Assembly (NCBI GenBank): GCA_902525735.1
Contig: CABZIF010000002.1
Location: forward strand, 144,754 to 208,753
Reading direction: 5' to 3'
From: an uncultured SAR86 cluster bacterium
GTDB lineage: Bacteria > Pseudomonadota > Gammaproteobacteria > Magnimaribacterales > AG-339-G14
Length of the DNA stretch: 64,000 nt
Shown here: in pieces, positions 19,626 to 29,541 of the stretch
Layout of the letters: every line of letters begins with the position of its first letter
Numbering within the stretch: position 1 is the first letter of the stretch
Made by a program: the position numbers and the translations under genes
The notes under the pieces: generated by a model
What the model saw: the letters and a program-made list of their open reading frames with translations, nothing else
Told to the model about the DNA's origin: nothing
The model's database searches: none

Positions 19626-20264
19626 ATGTATACACGAGAAATTACCGCATCAATAATTTTAATATTTTTATTATCAATAATTTTTTTAGCTCCAGCCTTA
19701 ATTTTTAAAACAACTATCTTCTTAATTTTTGGGTTAGCTCTATACGAGTTATTTTTTTTAATAAAAAAACCATACTGGGCTTCAATAGCATTTTTAATTT
19801 TTCTTATTTTTTTTCTTTTTTTTGCAAATATTTTTGAAGAAAATAGAATGTTATTTTTATTTGCAATAATGATATCGGCTTTAAACGATTCCGGAGCTTA
19901 CTACATTGGAAGAAAATATGGATATAAAAAAATTTTTCCACTCACAAGTCCAAAGAAAACGTTGGAAGGTATGATAGGCGGCATACTCATTTCAAGTTTC
20001 ACTTTATATTTAGTTGCATATTTTCAAATTATTAAATTTGATTTAAATTTTTCTTTCATCACTGGAAGCATTTTTTTTCTTATTTTAATAGTATGCTCAT
20101 CAATGGCAGTGCTTGGAGATTTTATTGAAAGTAGAATAAAAAGAATTGCAAATGTAAAGGATTCAGGTTCACTTTTACCGGGTCACGGAGGAATCTTAGA
20201 CAGAATTGATAGTCATATTTTTGTACTGCCATTATTTTTTGTCCTGCTTGGAGTCATCAATTGA
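19626..20264 (+). CDS. cdsA: Phosphatidate cytidylyltransferase (short form)
   Basis: Polytopic membrane protein with the CdsA signature SRIKRIANVKDSGSLLPGHGGILDRIDS. At 212 aa it is shorter than the roughly 285-aa E. coli protein. Confidence 0.88.
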   Translation: MYTREITASIILIFLLSIIFLAPALIFKTTIFLIFGLALYELFFLIKKPYWASIAFLIFLIFFLFFANIFEENRMLFLFAIMISALNDSGAYYIGRKYGYKKIFPLTSPKKTLEGMIGGILISSFTLYLVAYFQIIKFDLNFSFITGSIFFLILIVCSSMAVLGDFIESRIKRIANVKDSGSLLPGHGGILDRIDSHIFVLPLFFVLLGVIN

Positions 20265-21391
20265 AAAAAGTGCTTATTCTAGGATCTACTGGTTCTATTG
20301 GTCAGTCGACTCTCGAGGTTATCAAAGCTAATAATAAAGATTTTTCAATAGCCGGTTTGGTGGCGAAATCAAATAAAAAATTGCTTTTAGAACAAGCAAA
20401 TAAATTCAATGTTAAGAAAATTTGTTTGATAAATAATGATTCGAAAAATGATATTTTTGTTTCCGAATCTGAAATAGAAGATTTAATCTTTAGCGATCAA
20501 GTAGACATAGTTGTTGCAGCTATATCAGGCATTGCTGGGCTTAAAACTATTTTGAGTTCTATAAAAGCTGGAAAAAGAATTTTAATCGCCAACAAGGAAC
20601 CTTTGGTGGCTGCAGGCCAAATTTTAATGAAAGAAGCAAAAAAATCTAATTCAGAAATTATCCCTATTGATTCTGAACATTGTGCTATCCATCAATGCCT
20701 TAAGAATATAGAAAGAGAGGATTTAAACAGAGTAATAATTACTTGCTCCGGTGGACCATTTTTAGTTAAAAAAATTACGAATTTCAACAAGGTCTCATTA
20801 GAAGATGCACTCAATCATCCTGTGTGGAAGATGGGAACTAAAAATCTTATCGATTCAGCAAGTCTAATGAATAAAGCTTTAGAAATTATTGAAGCCAAGT
20901 GGCTATTTGATCTTAAAAGTGAGCAAATAGACGTAATAATTCATCCGCAAAGCATAATTCACTCAATGGTAGAAACTAAAGACAACTCCATTCTTTCAGT
21001 AATGTCAGTACCTGATATGAAAATTTGTATAGCATACGGTCTTGGATTTCCAAGAAAAATAAAAAGTTTATCTAAACCGCTAAGTTTGATAGAAAACAAT
21101 TTATTAGAATTTATAAATATAGATCAAATAGATTTTCCATCTATAAAATTTGCAAGAGATGCTTTAGCTTCTGGAGGTTTAATGCCGGCAGTATTGAATG
21201 CAGCAAATGAAGTCGCTGTCGAGAAATTTATTAATAATGAAATTAAGTTTGATTTAATCTTTGATACTATTAAACATGTTATGGAAAAATTCGATAAAGA
21301 AAATTCTAAAATTGATCCCTCTTTGGAACAAATTTTAGATGCAAACGAAAAAGCAAGATTAATTTCTTTGAATTATATTAAAAAAATCTGA
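20261..21391 (+). CDS. dxr: 1-deoxy-D-xylulose 5-phosphate reductoisomerase
   Basis: TTG start in a TTGA overlap with cdsA. ILGSTGSIGQSTL, NKEPLV, PIDSEH and NHPVWKMG. Confidence 0.94.
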   Translation: MKKVLILGSTGSIGQSTLEVIKANNKDFSIAGLVAKSNKKLLLEQANKFNVKKICLINNDSKNDIFVSESEIEDLIFSDQVDIVVAAISGIAGLKTILSSIKAGKRILIANKEPLVAAGQILMKEAKKSNSEIIPIDSEHCAIHQCLKNIEREDLNRVIITCSGGPFLVKKITNFNKVSLEDALNHPVWKMGTKNLIDSASLMNKALEIIEAKWLFDLKSEQIDVIIHPQSIIHSMVETKDNSILSVMSVPDMKICIAYGLGFPRKIKSLSKPLSLIENNLLEFINIDQIDFPSIKFARDALASGGLMPAVLNAANEVAVEKFINNEIKFDLIFDTIKHVMEKFDKENSKIDPSLEQILDANEKARLISLNYIKKI

Positions 21392-22716
21392 TGAACTTTC
21401 TTGTTTATATATTCGGCTTTTTAACTTTGATATTAATTATCACAGCAATTCACGAAGCAGGACATTATTCTGTGGCACGGTTTTTTAAAGTAACTATTTT
21501 GGATTTTTCTATTGGTATGGGTAAATCTTTAAAATCCTGGAAAGATAAAGCTGATACCGAATTTCACTTAAGAATGCTTCCGATTGGTGGATTCGTAAAA
21601 ATGAAGGGAGAAGATGAAGACAAAGATACCGAAGATTCTTTTTCTTCAAAAAAATATTATCAAAAGGTCCTAATCTTGTTAGCTGGACCTTTAGCAAATT
21701 TTTTCTTAGCAATTATTTTGCTTACTGGATTGAATATTTACGGAAATACCGCTCTATCATCTTTAGTTGGCTATGTTGATGAAGAGAGCGCTTCTTTTAA
21801 AGCCGGATTTAAAAAAGGCGACCTAATTGTAAAAATTGATTCATTTGATGTTTCGACTAGATCTGACGCTCAGATGGCACTTTCAAGGAGACTAGGTGAA
21901 ACAGGAGATATAATCTTTCAAGTTAGTTCTATTAATGTAGAAAAGACTTTAAAAATTCCAATCAAGAGCTGGCTTCAAGGAGAAGAGCCATCAGATCTTT
22001 TAAGAAATTTAGGAATCAATGTACCTATCAAGCCTATTATTGGTGAAATTTTGACTGATAGTCCTGCTGAAATTTCAGGTCTTAAAAAGAATGACGAGAT
22101 TCTTGAAATTAATAATCAAGCGGTCTCTTCATGGTCAGAAATTAAAAGTAAAATAAATATCAATCTAGGCTTGCCATCAAATTTCAAAATTCTACGAGAT
22201 CAAGAAATTATGTTTTTATCAATACTGCCCGAATTTTCTGAAGAGAAAAATGAATGGTTAATTGGAATTTCTGCTTCAAATAAGATTTCACCAGAAGCTT
22301 TAGTTTTTCAGAGAGAGGCTCCTTTATCTGCTCTTAATAAGGCCACAATTCAAACATTTAATGTTGTGATGGATTCTTTTGAATTTCTTTATAAGATGAT
22401 CATCGGCTATGTTTCTCCTAAGAATCTTGGTGGCCCAGTAATGATAGGTCAGTTTGCCGGAGAATCATTGATATACGGGGGATTTTATTCTTTCCTCCTG
22501 TTGATAAGTTATGTGAGCATCGGCTTGGGCGTAATAAATCTAGTTCCAATCCCCATTTTAGATGGCGGTCAAATTCTAATTTTAACCATTGAAAGATTAA
22601 AAGGATCTCCAATATCTCCAGCAGTTTTGGATTTTACTTACAGATTTGGAATATCAGCTGTTGTTCTTCTGATGATTTTTGCTTTCATGAATGATATTTC
22701 AAGAATAGGAGCTTAA
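21391..22716 (+). CDS. rseP: Site-2 (RIP) zinc metalloprotease RseP
   Basis: HEAGHY zinc motif in TM1, PDZ region, and C-terminal NLVPIPILDGG. Confidence 0.93.
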   Translation: MNFLVYIFGFLTLILIITAIHEAGHYSVARFFKVTILDFSIGMGKSLKSWKDKADTEFHLRMLPIGGFVKMKGEDEDKDTEDSFSSKKYYQKVLILLAGPLANFFLAIILLTGLNIYGNTALSSLVGYVDEESASFKAGFKKGDLIVKIDSFDVSTRSDAQMALSRRLGETGDIIFQVSSINVEKTLKIPIKSWLQGEEPSDLLRNLGINVPIKPIIGEILTDSPAEISGLKKNDEILEINNQAVSSWSEIKSKININLGLPSNFKILRDQEIMFLSILPEFSEEKNEWLIGISASNKISPEALVFQREAPLSALNKATIQTFNVVMDSFEFLYKMIIGYVSPKNLGGPVMIGQFAGESLIYGGFYSFLLLISYVSIGLGVINLVPIPILDGGQILILTIERLKGSPISPAVLDFTYRFGISAVVLLMIFAFMNDISRIGA

Positions 22717-22718
22717 AA

Positions 22719-25061
22719 TTGCTACTAATTTTTCTTAAAAGGATTTTAATTCTTACTATTATTTTAAGTTCATCCTCTTTTATTGCTTCGGAAGAAGCTT
22801 GGATTGTTGAAGATATCAGAATAAGTGGATTACAAAGAATTTCTGCTGGAAGTATTTTTTCCAATATTCCTATAACTATTGGAGACAAAGTTGTCCTAGA
22901 AGATATTCAAAATATTTCAAAATCAATTTTTGCTACTGGCAACTTTGATGATATTCAGATTGGTAGAGATGGAAGTGCTCTTTTAATCAACTTAAAGGAG
23001 AGGCCAACAATCGATGAAATTTCTATTGAGGGAAATGAGGCAATTAAATCAGAGAGTCTTTTAGATGGTCTTAAAAATTCAGGTATTTACAGAGGGACTT
23101 TGTTTAAGAGATCAGTTTTTGAAAATTTAAGCTCGGAGCTTGAAAGACAATACATTTCGCAAGGAAGGTATGGAGCAAAAGTAGAAGTTTCATCAGAAGA
23201 TTTAGAACGTAACAGAGTTAAATTAAATATTGTTATTGATGAAGGATCCACTGCTTCGATAAAAAGAGTAAATATAGTAGGGAATGAAAATTTTTCCGAA
23301 GAGGAGCTTTTGAGATTTTTCAAATTAAAGCCAAGAACATGGAGATCAATTTTTTCTAAAAGAGAACCTTACTCCAAAGAGAATCTGAAGGGAGATTTAG
23401 AAAATTTAGAATCTTTTTATAAAAACAGAGGATATCTAAAATTTAACGTGGATTCTTCAATTGTTTCTTTGTCAGAAGATAAAAAAAATATATTTATTAC
23501 AATTAATATTTCAGAAAATAAAATATTTTATACAAACGAAGTTTCGTATGCAGGAGATCTTCCTGATGCGATTTCTCCCATTTTAATTTTGCAAAAGACA
23601 CAATTCATCATCCCAAATGCTCCTTTTTCACAAGAGGCTCTTACTTTTGCAGAAGAGGAAATAACCTCGTTAATGAGTAATCAAGGCTTTTCTTCGGCAG
23701 AAGTTGTTGCTTCAACAGAGGAAGCAGATAAAGAAGGGTTTGTCGATGTTACAGTTTTCATTGATCCTGGACAAAGGACTTATATAAGAAAAATAAATTT
23801 TTCTGGTAATAAGAGGACTCATGATGTTGTCTTGAGAAGAGAAATGAGACAAATGGAAGGTTCGTGGGCCTCAGATGTTTTATTAGAGAATTCAAAAAGA
23901 AGATTAGATAGGCTTGGATATTTTAAAGAGGTTGAATTTGAAACGGTTCCTGTCCCAGGAGAAGCCGACAAAATAGATGTAAATTTTACTGTTGAGGAAG
24001 AATTTTCTGGTTCCATAGCGGGTAGCCTTGGTTATGGAGCCTACGGGTTCAGTTTAGGTGCTAATTATTCTGAATCGAATGCTTTTGGCACCGGTAACAG
24101 AATTACTATTGGTATAAATTCAAGCGATTATCAAACTAATTTACAATTTAATTTTTTTGATCCTTATTTTACTATTGATGGAATAGGATTAGGATATGGA
24201 GCATATTACTCTTCGTCTGATTATTCTGCATTTAATGCATCGGCTTATAGTACAGATTCAGTTGGATTGTCATCAAATCTTGTACTTCCAATCGATGAAA
24301 TTCAACAACTAGGACTTTCAGCTGCACTTGATCAAACCAAACTTAAAACAGATATTTTTTCTTCTCAACAATTGCTTGATTACGTCAACTCGGAAGGAGA
24401 TACCCAAGATTCCATAACGCTAGGAGCCAGTTGGACCAGGAATACATTAAATAGAGGTCTATTTCCTACTGCAGGTACTTTGAATCAGATTTCGGCAAAT
24501 ATTGCTGTTCCTCCAAGTGACGTTACTTACGGAAAAATTAAATATAATTTTAAATATTATAGACCCATCTTTTTTAATTTAATATTTTCAACTAGGAATG
24601 AGATAGGAGCTTTGTTTGCTTATGGCGATACAGAGAATTCACCACCTTATGAAAATTTTTATGCAGGAGGCTTGAAATCTGTAAGAGGTTTTAAACAAAA
24701 TACTCTTGGACCAAGAGCGGTATATAGTAACGGTTATTTTTTTTCTAATAGGCCTTCTGGAGGAGCTTATCTTGTTGAAGGCGGTTTAGACTTTATTTTC
24801 AATTTAGCTTTTTTGGACGACACAAGATCCGTAAGAAGCTCTTTATTTTTTGATTACGGTAATGTATTTAGTGATGGATGTAAAAGTTATGAACTTCAAT
24901 GTAGTGAATTCGATTTAGGCGAATTAAGATATTCAGTCGGTCTAGGCTTTACTTGGATAACTCAACTTGGTCCACTGTCCTTTTCTATATCATCTGCCTT
25001 GAATGATGACGAATATGATGAGACAGAAGCATTTCAATTTGAAATAGGAAATCAGTTTTAA
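22719..25061 (+). CDS. bamA: Outer-membrane protein assembly factor BamA
   Basis: 780 aa with a TTG start and a signal peptide. POTRA repeats (I..I.I.GN..) and a C-terminal beta-barrel ending ..FQFEIGNQF. Confidence 0.93.
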   Translation: MLLIFLKRILILTIILSSSSFIASEEAWIVEDIRISGLQRISAGSIFSNIPITIGDKVVLEDIQNISKSIFATGNFDDIQIGRDGSALLINLKERPTIDEISIEGNEAIKSESLLDGLKNSGIYRGTLFKRSVFENLSSELERQYISQGRYGAKVEVSSEDLERNRVKLNIVIDEGSTASIKRVNIVGNENFSEEELLRFFKLKPRTWRSIFSKREPYSKENLKGDLENLESFYKNRGYLKFNVDSSIVSLSEDKKNIFITINISENKIFYTNEVSYAGDLPDAISPILILQKTQFIIPNAPFSQEALTFAEEEITSLMSNQGFSSAEVVASTEEADKEGFVDVTVFIDPGQRTYIRKINFSGNKRTHDVVLRREMRQMEGSWASDVLLENSKRRLDRLGYFKEVEFETVPVPGEADKIDVNFTVEEEFSGSIAGSLGYGAYGFSLGANYSESNAFGTGNRITIGINSSDYQTNLQFNFFDPYFTIDGIGLGYGAYYSSSDYSAFNASAYSTDSVGLSSNLVLPIDEIQQLGLSAALDQTKLKTDIFSSQQLLDYVNSEGDTQDSITLGASWTRNTLNRGLFPTAGTLNQISANIAVPPSDVTYGKIKYNFKYYRPIFFNLIFSTRNEIGALFAYGDTENSPPYENFYAGGLKSVRGFKQNTLGPRAVYSNGYFFSNRPSGGAYLVEGGLDFIFNLAFLDDTRSVRSSLFFDYGNVFSDGCKSYELQCSEFDLGELRYSVGLGFTWITQLGPLSFSISSALNDDEYDETEAFQFEIGNQF

Positions 25062-25127
25062 TTTATAAATCTTCTGTATAATTTAAAAGTTAGGAATGAC
25101 AATTTATTAGTAAAACGGAGAAGGTTT

Positions 25128-25658
25128 ATGAAAATAATAGTTTTTTACACAATATTAATAGCATCATCAATTTTTTCTATCTCTTTAAGTGCTACAGAGG
25201 GAATTGCTGTAATAGATTATAGAACCGTATTTCTGGGGACAGATCTTGCAAGAGAAAGATTTGAAGACCTTAGAGAATCAAATGAATACAAGACAATTAG
25301 TGATGAAGCTCAAAAAAAACAAGAAGAACTAATATCTGTGTCTGAAGAACTTCAAAAAGAAAGTAAAACCTTGTCTGATGAAGAAAAAGCAACCATGCAA
25401 AAAAAAGCTCAAACACTTTATCAAGATCTGCAGTATGCAAATCAAAAAGCGCAGGCTTTGGAGGGGGAGCTTCTCCAAAAATTAGAAGCTGAGCAAACTC
25501 CCAATGTACAAAAAGTTATTAATGAATTAGTAAAAGCAAAAAAAATAAGTCTATTATTTAATAGTGGGGCATTACTTGCATTTGATACATCCAATGAGGC
25601 AATTAATGTTACTCCTGAAGTTATTAATTTGCTTAATCAGGCAAACAAGGAAAAATAA
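25128..25658 (+). CDS. skp: Periplasmic chaperone Skp (OmpH)
   Basis: 176 aa with a signal peptide and a coiled-coil, Lys/Glu/Gln-rich body. Conserved position between bamA and lpxD. Confidence 0.8.
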   Translation: MKIIVFYTILIASSIFSISLSATEGIAVIDYRTVFLGTDLARERFEDLRESNEYKTISDEAQKKQEELISVSEELQKESKTLSDEEKATMQKKAQTLYQDLQYANQKAQALEGELLQKLEAEQTPNVQKVINELVKAKKISLLFNSGALLAFDTSNEAINVTPEVINLLNQANKEK

Positions 25659-25666
25659 ATCTAAGT

Positions 25667-26647
25667 TTGAGTGAAAAAAAAATTAATCTTAAGAAGATTG
25701 CTAATTATCTTGATGGAAAAATAATTGGTGAAGAAGATTGTGAGGTTGAAAACATTTTGCCTCTTGATCTCGCCAATGATGAAGATATTTCATTTTTTTA
25801 TAACAAAAAATTTATTGATAAGTTAAAAACTACGAAAGCTAAAGTAGTAGTTTTAGAAGAAGAATACGCGAGCTTTAATAATTCGATTTCTATTGTTGTT
25901 AAAGATGCTCATATAGCTTACGCCAAACTAACTCAGTTATTTAAAAAAAATATAGAAAAGATTGGAGTGAGCTCTGACGCTTCGATTGAATCTAATGATA
26001 TTGATCCTAGCTCTTTTATTGGGCCGAGGGTAATAATAGAAGAGAAAGCTGAGATTGGAAAAAACGTCAAAATTCTTGGGGGAGCATTCATAGGCTCGAA
26101 AGTAAAAATAGAAGATAACACATTAATTTATCCTAATGTTTCAATCTATTCCGAAACGAAAATAGGAAAAAATTGTATTATTCACGCAAATTCTGTCTTG
26201 GGTTCAGACGGTTTAGGATTCGCGAATAAAGATGAAAAATGGGAAAAGATTGAGCACTTAGGTATTGTTAAAGTGGAAAATGAAGTTGAAATTGGATCGG
26301 GATGCACCATTGACAGGTCATCGACTGGAGAAACTGTAATAAAATCAGGAGTGAAGTTAGATAATCAAGTGCACATAGCACATAATTGTGAGATTGGAGA
26401 AAATACAATTATAGGGGCGAAAACAGCAATAGCAGGTACAACTAAGGTTGGAAAAAGATGTAAGATCGGAGGTGGTTGCGGAATCATTGATAATATTAAC
26501 TTGTGTGATGATGTTACTGTTACCCCGATGTCTTTTGTTACAAAATCAATTACAAAAAAAGGAATATATTCAGGCGGGTCAATGTTGATGGAGCATAGAG
26601 ATTGGCTAAAATATTCTGCAGAATTAAATAGAAAAATTAAAAAGTGA
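25667..26647 (+). CDS. lpxD: UDP-3-O-acylglucosamine N-acyltransferase
   Basis: TTG start, hexapeptide left-handed beta-helix repeats, and position between skp and fabZ. Confidence 0.9.
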   Translation: MSEKKINLKKIANYLDGKIIGEEDCEVENILPLDLANDEDISFFYNKKFIDKLKTTKAKVVVLEEEYASFNNSISIVVKDAHIAYAKLTQLFKKNIEKIGVSSDASIESNDIDPSSFIGPRVIIEEKAEIGKNVKILGGAFIGSKVKIEDNTLIYPNVSIYSETKIGKNCIIHANSVLGSDGLGFANKDEKWEKIEHLGIVKVENEVEIGSGCTIDRSSTGETVIKSGVKLDNQVHIAHNCEIGENTIIGAKTAIAGTTKVGKRCKIGGGCGIIDNINLCDDVTVTPMSFVTKSITKKGIYSGGSMLMEHRDWLKYSAELNRKIKK

Positions 26648-27078
26648 ATATAGAGGATATAAAAAAACTTCTACCTCACCGGTATCCAGCACTGTTGGTA
26701 GACAGGGTAGTGGAGATAGAGCTTAACAAATATATAAAAGCATATAAAAACATAACTACAAACGAGCCTCATTTTATTGGTCATTTTCCAGACAAAGAGG
26801 TTTTTCCAGGAGTATTGATTTTAGAAGCTATGGCCCAAGCATCAGGCATTTTAGGCTTTGCAACAATGAATAAGACTCCAGAAGAAGGTTCTATATATTA
26901 TTTTGTTGGAGCAGATAATCTAAGATTTAAACGCCCAGTTGTTCCTGGAGATCGATTGATTCTCGAGTCAACAAAATTGTCTGATAAAAAAGGAATTTGG
27001 AAATTTGAATGCAAAGCATCTGTTGATGATGAATTTGTTTGTTCCGCAACAATTCTTTGTGCCGACAGACCAAAATAA
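26644..27078 (+). CDS. fabZ: 3-hydroxyacyl-ACP dehydratase FabZ
   Basis: GTG start (GTGA overlap with lpxD). LLPHRYPALLVDRV, HFIGHFPDKEVFPGVLILEAMAQ. Confidence 0.94.
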   Translation: MNIEDIKKLLPHRYPALLVDRVVEIELNKYIKAYKNITTNEPHFIGHFPDKEVFPGVLILEAMAQASGILGFATMNKTPEEGSIYYFVGADNLRFKRPVVPGDRLILESTKLSDKKGIWKFECKASVDDEFVCSATILCADRPK

Positions 27079-27848
27079 TGATTCATAAATTATCTGTAAT
27101 TGATCCTTCGGCAAAAATAGATGACGGAGCAAGCATTGGTCCTTATTCAGTCATCGGTCCTGAAGTAGAAATTGGTAAAGATTCAGTAATTCACTCTCAC
27201 GTTGTTATAGAGGGTCCGACTAAAATAGGAAAAAATAATGAAATATTTCAGTTTGCTTCTATAGGGGGAGATCCTCAAGATAAAAAATATAAAGGTGAAA
27301 AAACTTATTTAGAAATAGGCGATGATAATGTAATAAGGGAGGGAGTAACAATCAACAGAGGAACTGTTCAAGAAAATTCTTTAACTAAAATAGGATCTAA
27401 AAATTTAATTATGGCTTATTGTCATATTGCTCATGATTGTGAAATCCACGATGAAGTGGTTTTAGTAAATAATGCTTCTCTTGCAGGTTGCGTGAAAATA
27501 GAAAAAGGAGCAATTCTAGGAGGATTCTCTTTGGTACATCAATTTTGTAAAGTAGGGCAATATAGTTTTTCTGCTATGGGCAGTTCTGTAGGAAAAGATA
27601 TACCAGCTTTTGTAAGGGTAAGTGGAAGTCCTGCTTTTCCAAGAGGCCTAAACACAACAGGCATTCAAAGGCTAAATCTTGGAAAAGAAGTTTCTGATGG
27701 ATTAAAAGAAGCTTACAAAATTTTATATTTAAGAAATTTCAAATTAAAAGACGCAATTGATGAAATTTCTAAAAACTTAAATGAAATTTCAGAAGTACAA
27801 ATACTATTGAACTCCATAAATGCCTCTGAAAGAGGCATAGTTAGATAA
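27078..27848 (+). CDS. lpxA: UDP-N-acetylglucosamine O-acyltransferase
   Basis: MIHKLSVIDPSAKI.. with hexapeptide repeats. The ATG at 27078 makes a TAATG junction with fabZ. The track start at 27039 lies inside fabZ. Confidence 0.92.
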   Translation: MIHKLSVIDPSAKIDDGASIGPYSVIGPEVEIGKDSVIHSHVVIEGPTKIGKNNEIFQFASIGGDPQDKKYKGEKTYLEIGDDNVIREGVTINRGTVQENSLTKIGSKNLIMAYCHIAHDCEIHDEVVLVNNASLAGCVKIEKGAILGGFSLVHQFCKVGQYSFSAMGSSVGKDIPAFVRVSGSPAFPRGLNTTGIQRLNLGKEVSDGLKEAYKILYLRNFKLKDAIDEISKNLNEISEVQILLNSINASERGIVR

Positions 27849-27850
27849 CA

Positions 27851-28981
27851 GTGAAAAAAATTAAATTTGCCTTTTCAGTTGGAGAAGAATCAGGAGATTT
27901 CTTAGGGGCACAATTAATAAATAATTTAAAAAAAAAATATCCCGACGCCAGTTTTGTTGGTTTAGCTGGTAGTTTGATGCAAAAAGAAGGAATGGAATCT
28001 CTTTTTCCAATCAATGATTTATCAGTTATGGGTTTAATTGACCCTTTAATAAATCTAAATAGGCTTTTAAGAAGAAGAAAACAACTTATAGATTTTATTC
28101 TTGAAGAACAACCGGAATTTTTTATCGGAATTGATAGTCCATCCTTTAATGCGGGAATTGCAAAAAGAATTAAATCTAAAACTAATACCAAAACCATTCA
28201 GTATGTTTGCCCTCAATTTTGGGCTTGGAGAAAAGGAAGGGCTAAAAGGTTTAAAAAATATTTAGATCATATTTATAGTATTTTTCCTTTTGAAGAAAAA
28301 TTACTGGCAAATGAAAATATGTCTTCTAATTTTACAGGGCATCCTCTCGCTGAGCATTTTGAAATAGATATAGACAAAGAAAAATTTAAAACTAAGTTGT
28401 CTTTTAATAATAAAAAAATTTATATTGCATTATTGCCGGGGAGCAGAAAATCTGAATTGAAAAATCATCTTAAAATTTTAGAAGAGGTCGCAAATAGTTA
28501 TTATTTTAAAAATCCAAATTACCACTTTATAGTTTCTTTAACTGAAGAAAATTCGTTAAGCGAAAATAGCTATCTTAAAAAAGAAAATATTTCTTTGATT
28601 AAAGGGAACACAAGAGAGGTTTTAAAAGCTTGCGATTATGCAATTGTGTCTTCTGGAACCGCAACTTTAGAAGCTATGTTAAGCAAAACTCCTTTTTGCG
28701 TGATTTATAAAAGCAATCCAATTAGTAATTTCTTAATTACAAATATTTTGCTTAAGTTAGACTATATTTCTCTCCCTAATATTCTAGCTAATAAAAAAAT
28801 AGTCCCTGAATTAAGGCAAGGAGATTTAAAAATAAATAAAGTTATTGAGGAACTAGATTACCTCATTGATAACTCTAACGAAGCAATGATTCAAGATTTT
28901 AAAGCTTTACACCAATCTTTGATAAATGAAAATGATAATAAATTTTCAAAAATCATAGACAAACTTTCCTCAAAATTTTGA
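27851..28981 (+). CDS. lpxB: Lipid-A-disaccharide synthase
   Basis: GTG start. N-terminal FSVGEESGDFLGAQLI, 376 aa, lpxA-lpxB-rnhB order. Confidence 0.9.
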   Translation: MKKIKFAFSVGEESGDFLGAQLINNLKKKYPDASFVGLAGSLMQKEGMESLFPINDLSVMGLIDPLINLNRLLRRRKQLIDFILEEQPEFFIGIDSPSFNAGIAKRIKSKTNTKTIQYVCPQFWAWRKGRAKRFKKYLDHIYSIFPFEEKLLANENMSSNFTGHPLAEHFEIDIDKEKFKTKLSFNNKKIYIALLPGSRKSELKNHLKILEEVANSYYFKNPNYHFIVSLTEENSLSENSYLKKENISLIKGNTREVLKACDYAIVSSGTATLEAMLSKTPFCVIYKSNPISNFLITNILLKLDYISLPNILANKKIVPELRQGDLKINKVIEELDYLIDNSNEAMIQDFKALHQSLINENDNKFSKIIDKLSSKF

Positions 28982-29541
28982 AAACTTTTTTTGTTGGTGT
29001 TGATGAAGTGGGAAGAGGATCTATCGCAGGGCCAGTGGTTGCGGCAGCTATAATTTTAAAAAAAAAAGAAATATTATCTTTGAAAGATTCAAAGTTATTA
29101 TCTCCAAAAAAAAGACAAATATTATCTAAAGATATCAAAAAGAATTGCGTTGACTATGCCATAGCCGAAGTTTCATCAAAAAAAATAGATAAGATTAATA
29201 TAAGACAAGCTTCTCTTCTTGCAATGAAAATAGCTGTAGAAAAGTTAAAGAAAAAAAATATAGAAGTTATTGTAGATGGGGTTGATAAAATTGATATCTC
29301 TCAAAAATGCAAGGCGATAGTAAAAGCAGATAATATTTACGAGGAGGTCATGGCAGCCTCAATAGTAGCTAAAGTTTATAGAGACCAATTAATGATAGAT
29401 TTAGATAAAAAATATCCACAATATCTTTTTGCTAAGCACAAAGGTTATCCAACGAAAGATCATTTGCATGCACTTAAAAAGTTTGGTTCTATAGCAGAAC
29501 ATAGAAAAACTTTTGGCCCTGTAAAAAAATTGAATGAATAA
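28978..29541 (+). CDS. rnhB: Ribonuclease HII
   Basis: TTG start (TTGA overlap). VGVDEVGRGSIAGPVV, DSK.L and GYPT..H motifs. Confidence 0.92.
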   Translation: MKTFFVGVDEVGRGSIAGPVVAAAIILKKKEILSLKDSKLLSPKKRQILSKDIKKNCVDYAIAEVSSKKIDKINIRQASLLAMKIAVEKLKKKNIEVIVDGVDKIDISQKCKAIVKADNIYEEVMAASIVAKVYRDQLMIDLDKKYPQYLFAKHKGYPTKDHLHALKKFGSIAEHRKTFGPVKKLNE